Below are positions 1-7,495 of a stretch of 64,000 nucleotides of DNA, piece by piece. Both the position numbers and the translations under genes were made by a program. Where the stretch lies: assembly GCA_902537575.1 (NCBI GenBank), contig CACBBX010000002.1, forward strand, positions 9,222 through 73,221. The letters run 5' to 3'. Position 1 is the stretch's first letter, and each line of letters begins with the position of its first letter. The stretch is from an uncultured Pelagibacteraceae bacterium (GTDB lineage: Bacteria; Pseudomonadota; Alphaproteobacteria; Pelagibacterales; Pelagibacteraceae). The notes below the pieces were generated by a model, which was not told the origin of the DNA, made no database searches, and saw only the letters and a program-made list of their open reading frames with translations.

Positions 1-701
1 CAAACTAGATACATCATGTTGCGTCCTTTTACATTTTCAAAAATAGAATAAATTCCTTCACTTTTTAAAAGTGATTCAACACTGCTCTTTGTTGAAGTAC
101 TTAAAAATTTTTCCCAATTATCCATATGTTGATTCTTAATAATTCTAAGGATTTTTAAACTTGTAAAAGCATCGTGATAAGCGGTATGTTGTTGAGTGGT
201 ATCAAATCCTTGTTGTCTTGCAAGTGCTTCTAATGCTAAACTTTCATTTCCTGCAGGTGTTAATTCAGTTTTTAAAGTTTTAGAATTAATAGTTTGAGCA
301 GCTCTTGCAACGTGTAAACCATCAGTTTCTTGATTAGGTGATGAGTGAGTTAAATAAGGATATCTGTTTCCTTTAAAAAAATTAAAATGAAACATTCGAC
401 GATCAAAGTTAAGATTACTCCAACCTATAAACAAAGATGGGGCTGCTTTTGAAAAAAAATTTTCTACAGCACCTAGAAAATCATAATGTGAATAGTTGCC
501 TTTGGTAAGTAAATCAATACTTGTGGAATTAACTAAGAGTGCTTTTGCGCTAGGTACCTCACCTTCTGGCATTCTGCCTCTAATATTTAGTTTTCCTATT
601 TCTCTGAGATTTTTATCGACTACTACTGCACCAACCTCAATAATACTTCCCCAGATAGTACTATTGGTTGTTTCTGTATCGTAGATTACTATTTTATCCA
701 T
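1..701 (-). CDS. sbcB: Exonuclease I (SbcB)-like DEDDh 3'-5' exonuclease, partial (runs off window start)
   Basis: Hand-translated from ATG at 701: MDKIVIYDTETTNSTIWGSIIEVGAV...GWSNLNFDRR...QHTAYHDAF, giving ExoI/II/III motifs (D-x-E, N-x-x-F-D, H-x4-D). Absent from the ORF track because it is truncated. Confidence 0.75.
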   Translation of the reverse strand, partial: MDKIVIYDTETTNSTIWGSIIEVGAVVVDKNLREIGKLNIRGRMPEGEVPSAKALLVNSTSIDLLTKGNYSHYDFLGAVENFFSKAAPSLFIGWSNLNFDRRMFHFNFFKGNRYPYLTHSSPNQETDGLHVARAAQTINSKTLKTELTPAGNESLALEALARQQGFDTTQQHTAYHDAFTSLKILRIIKNQHMDNWEKFLSTSTKSSVESLLKSEGIYSIFENVKGRNMMYLV

Positions 702-709
702 ATTAATAA

Positions 710-1396
710 TTAATCTAAATTTGAAAGCTCATTAAATTTTTTTAATCTTCCCAAAAATAAGTTCTGGTAAACAACTAAGTCGTGATTTTGAATTTTAAAT
801 TCTTGGAATAATTTATCTACTGTGCAAACTAGAATTACACAAGAAGTGATATTAGAGTTATACACAATGTTGTGAGCCAATGAATACGCGCTCGTTTGAA
901 GGAGCCAAGAGTCAATATACTCTGATTTTTTTGGTTTATTGCTTTGTTTAAAATCAATGATCGTTTCTCTTCCTTCATAAATTCCAACACAATCTGCAGT
1001 GCCAGCATATTTTTCTGGATAGTATAGTGTGCATTCAACTCCCCAAATCTCCTCCAATCTATTTTTTAAACCTTTTTCAATTATTTTTTTTGCCATTAAT
1101 TTATATTGTTCATTGTCATCAAAAAAACTTAGATTTTCTCTTCCAAGAAGATAAGACTCTAAGTAATTATGCATTTGAGAACCTCTACTGCTTGCTGCTT
1201 TAGTTATTGCCTCAGCCTCTTTAAAGCCTGTTCTCTCACGCCAATTAGCTAGCGCAGCTTTATCCTCTTCAGAACGTGTTTGATCAAGAATACTAGTCAC
1301 TGAAGGTAATTTAACCTCTCCCAATAGATATCTTCTTATACCATCTACTGTAGCTCTTGAAGATTTTGGATAATTGTATTTCTTATTCCACTGCAT
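710..1396 (-). CDS. PD-(D/E)xK exonuclease, Cas4-like/phage exonuclease/MGME1-like
   Basis: Motifs LPSVTSIL, WRERTG, RGSQMHNYLE, YAGTADC, IIDFKQSNKPK, Q-x-x-A-Y. Start moved to ATG 1396 (MQWNKK) to remove the overlap with rmuC. Confidence 0.8.
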   Translation of the reverse strand: MQWNKKYNYPKSSRATVDGIRRYLLGEVKLPSVTSILDQTRSEEDKAALANWRERTGFKEAEAITKAASSRGSQMHNYLESYLLGRENLSFFDDNEQYKLMAKKIIEKGLKNRLEEIWGVECTLYYPEKYAGTADCVGIYEGRETIIDFKQSNKPKKSEYIDSWLLQTSAYSLAHNIVYNSNITSCVILVCTVDKLFQEFKIQNHDLVVYQNLFLGRLKKFNELSNLD

Positions 1397-1433
1397 GTGA
1401 TTTCTTATATTCTTTATTAGAGAAAAATTGAAA

Positions 1434-2534
1434 TTAATTATTTGCTTGTTTTGAATGATCAACAAATTTTTCTACATTTTCAGTTTGAACAGCCTTTTCA
1501 AGTTGTTCAGGGTCTTTGATATTTTCAAGAGTTCTATTGATTGATCTAGCGTCTGTTCCAAACTTATCAACAACAGACATAGCCTCTTCTAATTTTTTTC
1601 TTAGTAATATTATATTATCAAAATGCTTTCCAAATCTAGTGCTGATTGTTTTTAAATGATTATAAATTTCAGTTGCTCCCTTTTGAACTTTCAATGATTG
1701 AAAACCCATGTGAAGAGATTGTAAATATGCAGAGAGAGTATTTGGTCCACAAATTACAACTTTATATTTTTTCATTAATTCTTGTGTTAATAATTCCTTA
1801 GTACTTGGATCTTGGTATTCGGTTAATTCTTTGTATAAACTTTCAGTTGGTGCATAGACAATAGCAAAATCTGTAGTTTTAGGTGGAACAATATATTTTT
1901 CATTAATACTTTTAGCTTTAGCTTTAAAAGCATTTGCCAATTTAGTTCTTGCATCAGCAACAGCCCTTTTGTCATCTGCATCATGACCATCAGTAATAGC
2001 TTTAAATTTTTCAACAGGAAAATGTGAATCTACTGGAACCAAAACATCTCCTTGAAGTTTAATTGCGAATTCAACATTTTCACTTGTATTCTCTTTCATC
2101 TTAATGTTCGTATTAAATTGTGAAGCTGGTAACAAATCTTTAATTAAGGCATCTAAACTAAATTCTGCAAGAGTTCCATACTTTTTAACTCCAGCTAAAA
2201 TTTTGGTAATACCCTCTTGGCTTTGATTTAGTAATTGAACTTGTTGGTTAAAATTTCCAACTTTTTCATCTACTTTAGTTAGTGCCTCTGTCATATCTTT
2301 TGTAACCCCTGTAGATAAATTGTTAAATGAAGTCGACATTGATCCCAATGAAGTATTGATAGTGCTATTTAACGTATCTTTTAAAGTAATAATTTCGTTC
2401 TTTAAATTTACTATTTCATCAGCCTCTTTATTGTCTCTTAATTCATCTCGAATATTGCTCTGCTTAAACAACAAAAATACGGCAATAAAAACTCCCAATA
2501 AAATTAAAATTAACAATATTGATTCAGCAATCAT
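1434..2534 (-). CDS. rmuC: DNA recombination protein RmuC family, N-terminal membrane anchor plus coiled coil
   Basis: N-terminal hydrophobic helix; GTLAEFSL, VEFAIKL, VDSHFP, PPKTTDFAI, PTESLY, GPNTL, LHMGF motifs; AAAGGT upstream of the ATG. Confidence 0.85.
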   Translation of the reverse strand: MIAESILLILILLGVFIAVFLLFKQSNIRDELRDNKEADEIVNLKNEIITLKDTLNSTINTSLGSMSTSFNNLSTGVTKDMTEALTKVDEKVGNFNQQVQLLNQSQEGITKILAGVKKYGTLAEFSLDALIKDLLPASQFNTNIKMKENTSENVEFAIKLQGDVLVPVDSHFPVEKFKAITDGHDADDKRAVADARTKLANAFKAKAKSINEKYIVPPKTTDFAIVYAPTESLYKELTEYQDPSTKELLTQELMKKYKVVICGPNTLSAYLQSLHMGFQSLKVQKGATEIYNHLKTISTRFGKHFDNIILLRKKLEEAMSVVDKFGTDARSINRTLENIKDPEQLEKAVQTENVEKFVDHSKQANN

Positions 2535-2619
2535 ACTACCTTTATAAACGTATTTTTTTTTATTTAAACGATGATATAATTTATTTAATAATAGGATAAA
2601 GAAAGCAAAATCTTATTAA

Positions 2620-2748
2620 ATGGTAAAAAAAGCCCTGAATATTAAAAGAAAAAATAGAATGATAGAAATTTTATATTCTAAACAATACTCACCAAAAAAA
2701 ATAAAACCTAAAAAAGGTAAAGGAAGTTTTAAAAGAAATAAAAAATAA
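2620..2748 (+). CDS. arfA: ArfA-like alternative ribosome-rescue peptide, 42 aa
   Basis: Hand-translated MVKKALNIKRKNRMIEILYSKQYSPKKIKPKKGKGSFKRNKK. KKGKGS[FY]xR is the ArfA signature. Below the ORF-track size cutoff. Confidence 0.65.
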   Translation: MVKKALNIKRKNRMIEILYSKQYSPKKIKPKKGKGSFKRNKK

Positions 2749-2751
2749 TAT

Positions 2752-2883
2752 ATGGATTTAATTTTTTTATTAAAAGTTTTATTCTTTATTACTCTTGTAG
2801 TTTCTTTGTATGTGGTGCTTAGAAATCTTAATATAATTAAGATAATTTTAGTATATTGGAAAGATTTAATAATTAGAAAGTAA
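2752..2883 (+). CDS. Possible small membrane peptide, 43 aa
   Basis: MDLIFLLKVLFFITLVVSLYVVLRNLNIIKIILVYWKDLIIRK; ATG 3 nt after the previous stop; overlaps the hisG 3' end by 18 nt. Confidence 0.3.
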   Translation: MDLIFLLKVLFFITLVVSLYVVLRNLNIIKIILVYWKDLIIRK

Positions 2884-3555
2884 TTTAATTATATTTTTAA
2901 CTTCAAATTTTTTAACAGATGATTTTGATATCATCATACAAGCTTGTGATTTCAATATTTCTCCATCTTTTAAAATACGAAGATTATTTGCTTTTAAAGT
3001 TTCACCTGTTGATGTGATATCAGTAATAATTTCTGAAGAGCCAGTAAAAGGATAAGCCTCAGTTGCGCCAAGACTACTAACTAATTTAAATTGAGTTACT
3101 CCCCTAGAAAATAGAAAATTTCTTGTTAAGTTTGGGTATTTTGTGGCGACTCTTAATCTTTTTTTTTTTTTATCTTTAAATTCAAATCCTATTTCCTCTA
3201 AGTCTGCAACAGTTTGTACATCTATCCATGGATCAGGTATAGCGACAACTAGAGTTGCTTTTCCAAAATTATATTTTTTAATGACATTGATCTTATTTTG
3301 AATATTAATTTCACTTTCTTTAAGTAAATCAAATCCAGAGAAACCAAGGTCCAAAGAACCATCACCTAGTCTCTCAATAATTTCTCTTGCATGCAGATAT
3401 AATATTTTAACATTTTTTTTTTGTTTTATTGAACCTAGCAAGTCTCTTTCACCTCTTTCAGACACTAAACTTAATTTATTTTTTTTGAAAATATTTAAAA
3501 TATCTTTTTTAAGTCTTCCCTTGCTTGGAATTCCAATATTTAAATTTTTACTCAT
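2866..3555 (-). CDS. hisG: ATP phosphoribosyltransferase, short form
   Basis: IPSKGRL, RVATKYP, GATEAYP, DITSTGETLKANNL; short form fits with hisZ nearby. Confidence 0.95.
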   Translation of the reverse strand: MSKNLNIGIPSKGRLKKDILNIFKKNKLSLVSERGERDLLGSIKQKKNVKILYLHAREIIERLGDGSLDLGFSGFDLLKESEINIQNKINVIKKYNFGKATLVVAIPDPWIDVQTVADLEEIGFEFKDKKKKRLRVATKYPNLTRNFLFSRGVTQFKLVSSLGATEAYPFTGSSEIITDITSTGETLKANNLRILKDGEILKSQACMMISKSSVKKFEVKNIIKLLSNY

Positions 3556-4396
3556 ATTTAAATTCTTTTAATTGATCTTTGTAAACAGAATTCATCTCAG
3601 TAATTATGTCTTTATTTAATAACTCTTTGTAATTATTTTTGGAACCTAAATGAAAAAAATTTATTTTCTTACTTTCATTTTTATTCATAACAGCTTCAGG
3701 AAAACCTTTTTCTTGTTCCATTTTTTGCATTTTTCGAAATTCACAAGATTGAACAACTTTTTTCGCTTTCTCTCTATTAAAAGATTGATTAGATTTAGTA
3801 ATCGATTTTATAAAATTAAATACTTTTTCAAAAGTTTTAAACGTTTCAGACTGTAAATCCTCATACCTGATGGTCAAAGTTGGAAACATTTTATTTTTAT
3901 TCCAACTATTTTGATGCATCTTCCATGAAAACAAAGGAACAAAGCCTAAAAATCTATTATTTTGTTTATCTAATAAACATCTTTTTTCATCTTTCATAAA
4001 ATCTAATGCCTCTTGCTGACTATTTTTATCAAAGTGATTAAATATTGAATTAATTACGTTTCTAGGGTCTCTAATAATATAAATTGCCCCAAGTGTATTT
4101 TTTTGATCTGTAAAAACCTGATCTTCAATTTTACATAAGGCGCTGTGTGTCTTTATAAATTTAATCTTTTTGTCTTTATTAATTTCTTCTTGAACCTGTA
4201 ACCAGTACTTTACCGTATCTTCAGGCCTTTCAAATTTATCTTTATAACTTTTAAAATAATTAAAACTTGGAAATTGATCAATTTTATCAAGTATCTCAAA
4301 ATTGAAATTCCCATTTTTAGTATAGTAGTATGAAGCTATCATTGATCGAAGCCATGTATTTCCACTTTTAGGATATGACGCAAGCCAAATAATCAT
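3548..4396 (-). CDS. PAPS-dependent sulfotransferase domain protein
   Basis: 5'-PSB motif ASYPKSGNTW, IKTH, 3'-PB motif IIRDPRNVINS, RYEDL. Confidence 0.9.
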   Translation of the reverse strand: MIIWLASYPKSGNTWLRSMIASYYYTKNGNFNFEILDKIDQFPSFNYFKSYKDKFERPEDTVKYWLQVQEEINKDKKIKFIKTHSALCKIEDQVFTDQKNTLGAIYIIRDPRNVINSIFNHFDKNSQQEALDFMKDEKRCLLDKQNNRFLGFVPLFSWKMHQNSWNKNKMFPTLTIRYEDLQSETFKTFEKVFNFIKSITKSNQSFNREKAKKVVQSCEFRKMQKMEQEKGFPEAVMNKNESKKINFFHLGSKNNYKELLNKDIITEMNSVYKDQLKEFKYE

Positions 4397-5442
4397 GTTA
4401 AGTTAAAAGCAGCTCCTACAGCTGGAATTTGTTTTTTGGATCCAAGATCAGAAATTAATCGATCGTATCGCCCACCATTAAGTATTCTATAAGTTTTATT
4501 TTTTGATTTAATGTCAATCTTAAAAACTATACCTGTATAGTATTCTAATTCTCTCCCAAATGATGCTGAGAAAATAACATTTAGTTTAGAAACTTTACTA
4601 TTAGAAAGTGGGAAATATCCTTGATCAACTACTAGATTAATTTTATTTTTTTTAAAAAATTTATTTAGTTCAAACGCAGCTCTATTGATTGGACATTTAA
4701 TTTTTAAAAAATTTTGAATTATTTTAGAAATATTTTTACCTGTGCTTGCTCTTCTGGGATCTTTAATTTTATTATCAAATCTTTTTAAAATTTCATTAAC
4801 AGATCTTCCCGCTATTACTCTTGATGTATCGTCTTTTGCCATTTTTAAATAACGTTTTTTATCAATTTCAACAATAGTTGGGTCTACATCTGAATTAGTT
4901 TTTAATCTTTTTAAAAGATCATTAAAATATTTTTCTCTCCAAAAGTGTCTTGACAATCTTAACTTCCATCTTAAAGGAATGTCTATTTTTGAAATAAGTA
5001 AATTAAATATTTCAACATTTCCAATTGTAAGAGTTCCCGATGAGAATTTTATATTCTGAAGGGTTTTCAATGATGTTTGAATAATTTCTTTATCATCATG
5101 CTTTTCATTTTTAGATCCTAATATTTCAAATCCAATTTGATTTCTAATAATTTTATCTTTTTTTCTTTGTACTTTTCTATATGCTTGACCACTATAGAAA
5201 ATTTTTTCTTTACCCTTTAAATTTTTTTCTAAGTATCTTAAACAAGAAGCAATAGTTAAGTCAGGTCTTAAACATAATTCCTTGCCATTTATATCTGTAA
5301 AAGAAAACATGAATTTTCTGAAGTTTTCTCCTGATCTTTGCAAAATATGATTTGCTTCTATTACAGATGGTAGTTCAATATACTTATAACCTTTAGATTT
5401 TACTGACCTAAGAATTTTTTCAGATAAGTTTTTTGACTTCAT
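4393..5442 (-). CDS. hisZ: ATP phosphoribosyltransferase regulatory subunit
   Basis: LCLRPDLT, QIGFE, YYTGIVF, GGRYD, PAVGAA; lies between hisS and hisG. Confidence 0.9.
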   Translation of the reverse strand: MKSKNLSEKILRSVKSKGYKYIELPSVIEANHILQRSGENFRKFMFSFTDINGKELCLRPDLTIASCLRYLEKNLKGKEKIFYSGQAYRKVQRKKDKIIRNQIGFEILGSKNEKHDDKEIIQTSLKTLQNIKFSSGTLTIGNVEIFNLLISKIDIPLRWKLRLSRHFWREKYFNDLLKRLKTNSDVDPTIVEIDKKRYLKMAKDDTSRVIAGRSVNEILKRFDNKIKDPRRASTGKNISKIIQNFLKIKCPINRAAFELNKFFKKNKINLVVDQGYFPLSNSKVSKLNVIFSASFGRELEYYTGIVFKIDIKSKNKTYRILNGGRYDRLISDLGSKKQIPAVGAAFNLT

Positions 5443-6814
5443 TGATTAAATCTTCCCTTGGAATTGTTTTGTTATTTTCACCCTTAGTACCTTTTAGATT
5501 CTTTATGGTAACAGTTTTGTCTTTAAATTCATTTTCTCCACAAATAATTGAAATTGATAAATCACGTTTATTTGCTAAAGCTAATTGTTTGCCGAGGTTT
5601 TTTTTTGTATCTAAAAAAATTTCAGCATTAATATTGTTATTTCTAAGCTGATCTACTAGCTCATAATAATTTTTTAAATATTTTTGATCCATCACACATA
5701 CTAAAATAGGTTTTTTGCTCTCTACTTTAATTTGATCTAATTGCATTAAAGCAAATAATAATCTATCGACACCAAAACTTATTCCTGTACCTGGAATATC
5801 AATTCCTCTAAATCTTGATATCAATTTTGCATAAGCTCCACCCGAACATATACTGCCGATATCAACCTCTTTACCTTTGTTGTTAGTGATTTTGAAATTT
5901 AAGTTTGTTTCCAAAATAAAATCTGAATAGTAAGCTAATCCCCTCACAATCGTGAAGTTTGTTTTAACTTGATTTAAATTTAATCCATATCCAAGAATCT
6001 CAAACAAACTCTCTAATTCACTTATTCCATCTTGAGACAATTGATTTTTTAAAGTTTGCTTCAGTTCTTTTAAATCTTTTATATTTAGGAAATTTAATAT
6101 TTGTGCTGCTTGATCGTCAGATAAATCTGCTCCTTTAGTAATTGCTCCACTTTGGTCTTTTCTCTCTTTCTTTAATAAATCTTCAACTCCCTTTATTCCA
6201 AAACCTGGCTTATCTAATTTGTCAATAGCCCTAATAACCTTAGTCTGTTTTTCTTTAGAAATTTTTAATTCATCAATTAGACCTTGAACAATTTTTCTAT
6301 TACTTACATTGATTGTAAATTGATCATTGTTTAAACCACAATCTGATAATGTACTTGATATTAAATTGCAAAGCTCAGCATTTGCTAGAGCAGGATTAAC
6401 ATTTCCAACAATATCAAAATCAGCTTGCATAAATTCCCTGTAACGACCATTTCCAGCTTTTTCATTACGGAAAACATTTTGGATTTGATATCGCTTGAAA
6501 ATTGATGGAAGTTCTTGATTATTTTGAGCTACAAACCTCGCGAGTGGGCTTGATAAGTCATATCGAAGTGTAATACTTTTTTCACCATCTTGAAATGAGA
6601 ATACATCAGACATTGGATTAGCAACATCTTCTGCTAAAAAAGATCCAATATTTTCACTAATTTCAAACGAAGGGGTTTCAAGAGGTTCTGCTCCAAATTT
6701 AATAAAATTCTTCTCAATAGTTTTTAATAGCTTTTTTTTGAGAAGAAGTTTATTTTCCCAACGATCTTCAAATCCTGAAGGTAATCCAGGTACTAATTTA
6801 TTTTCTTTGTCCAT
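5420..6814 (-). CDS. hisS: Histidine--tRNA ligase
   Basis: LRYDL, FRNEKAGNGRYREFMQADFD, VRGLAYY, GISFGVDR. Start set at ATG 6814 because the longer ORF overlaps the tRNA. Confidence 0.95.
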   Translation of the reverse strand: MDKENKLVPGLPSGFEDRWENKLLLKKKLLKTIEKNFIKFGAEPLETPSFEISENIGSFLAEDVANPMSDVFSFQDGEKSITLRYDLSSPLARFVAQNNQELPSIFKRYQIQNVFRNEKAGNGRYREFMQADFDIVGNVNPALANAELCNLISSTLSDCGLNNDQFTINVSNRKIVQGLIDELKISKEKQTKVIRAIDKLDKPGFGIKGVEDLLKKERKDQSGAITKGADLSDDQAAQILNFLNIKDLKELKQTLKNQLSQDGISELESLFEILGYGLNLNQVKTNFTIVRGLAYYSDFILETNLNFKITNNKGKEVDIGSICSGGAYAKLISRFRGIDIPGTGISFGVDRLLFALMQLDQIKVESKKPILVCVMDQKYLKNYYELVDQLRNNNINAEIFLDTKKNLGKQLALANKRDLSISIICGENEFKDKTVTIKNLKGTKGENNKTIPREDLINEVKKLI

Positions 6815-6818
6815 TTTT

Positions 6819-6893
6819 TGGTACCCGGGCTGAGAATCGAACTCAAACTTAAAGTTCCACAAACTTTCGTGCTAACCGTTACACCACCCAGGC
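6819..6893 (-). tRNA. tRNA-His (GTG)
   Basis: GCCTGGG TG GTGT AACGGTTA GCAC G AAAGT TTGTGGA ACTTT AAGT TTGAG TTCGATT CTCAG CCCGGGT A CCA folds as a cloverleaf with anticodon GTG. Confidence 0.92.
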
Positions 6894-7067
6894 ATCCTTT
6901 GTTTTTATATTATTTTTATGTGGATTTAAAATTATATTATAAATTAATAGCCTATAGGCTATGGAAGCTATTTCTATGAATACTTCTTGAGGTATTTCTA
7001 AATGTAATATTTATAATCATGAGCAGTCTTTTAGACAAAAACTGCTATAACGCAAGTATTATATAAA

Positions 7068-7107
7068 TAAGGACGAGCATCTAGTCTAATTAGATAAAAC
7101 GTCCTTA
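7068..7107 (-). terminator. Stem-loop 3' of the cold-shock gene, putative terminator or 3'-UTR structure
   Basis: TAAGGACG...CGTCCTTA 8-bp stem with inner ATCTA/TAGAT helix, followed by TTTAT on the minus strand. Confidence 0.5.
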
Positions 7108-7120
7108 AAATTAAAATAAA

Positions 7121-7333
7121 TTAGTCTACTTTCTTTAAATTAACTGCAGAGGGACCTTTAGGACCGTCTTCTAATGTGAATTCAAGTTTATCACCCTCAT
7201 TAAGATATCTCATTCCAGCATCTTTTACTGCTGATGCATGAACAAAGGCGTCTTTTTCTTTATCGTCTCTTTCAATAAAGCCATAACCTTTTTTCCCATT
7301 ATACCATTTTATTTTTCCAGTTAGTGTACTCAT
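7121..7333 (-). CDS. Cold-shock domain RNA-binding protein (CspA family)
   Basis: RNP1 KGYGFI, RNP2 AFVHAS, GPKGPSAVNL. Confidence 0.95.
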   Translation of the reverse strand: MSTLTGKIKWYNGKKGYGFIERDDKEKDAFVHASAVKDAGMRYLNEGDKLEFTLEDGPKGPSAVNLKKVD

Positions 7334-7415
7334 CTTATTTCTTAGTCCTTTTGTTAATTATTATATGAAATAGGTTAATTTTTTTTGCGATTATTTCAAG
7401 ATGAAAAGTTAATAG

Positions 7416-7490
7416 TGGTGCCTCGGGAAGGATTCGCACCTCCGACACAAGCCTTTTCAGGGCTCTGCTCTACTCCTGAGCTACCGAGGC
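7416..7490 (-). tRNA. tRNA-Phe (GAA)
   Basis: GCCTCGG TA GCTC AGGAGTA GAGC A GAGCC CTGAAAA GGCTT GTGTC GGAGG TGCGAAT CCTTC CCGAGGC A CCA. Confidence 0.92.
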
Positions 7491-7495
7491 AAGTT

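Noticed and set aside
710-1396. Cas4-like nuclease as evidence of a CRISPR-Cas locus
   Set aside because: No repeat-spacer array or other cas genes are visible, and the Cas4 four-cysteine Fe-S pattern is not evident.
3158-3172. Long poly-T/poly-A runs as phase-variation sites
   Set aside because: These are in-frame Lys codon runs, frequent throughout this AT-rich sequence; no frameshifted gene was seen.
6815-6862. N-terminal extension of hisS in the ORF track (MWNFKFEF...)
   Set aside because: It runs through the tRNA-His gene; ATG 6814 is the sensible start.
6953-7021. 22-codon minus-strand ORF with two His codons as a his attenuator leader
   Set aside because: The His codons are not tandem, there is no SD, and a tRNA gene lies between it and hisS.
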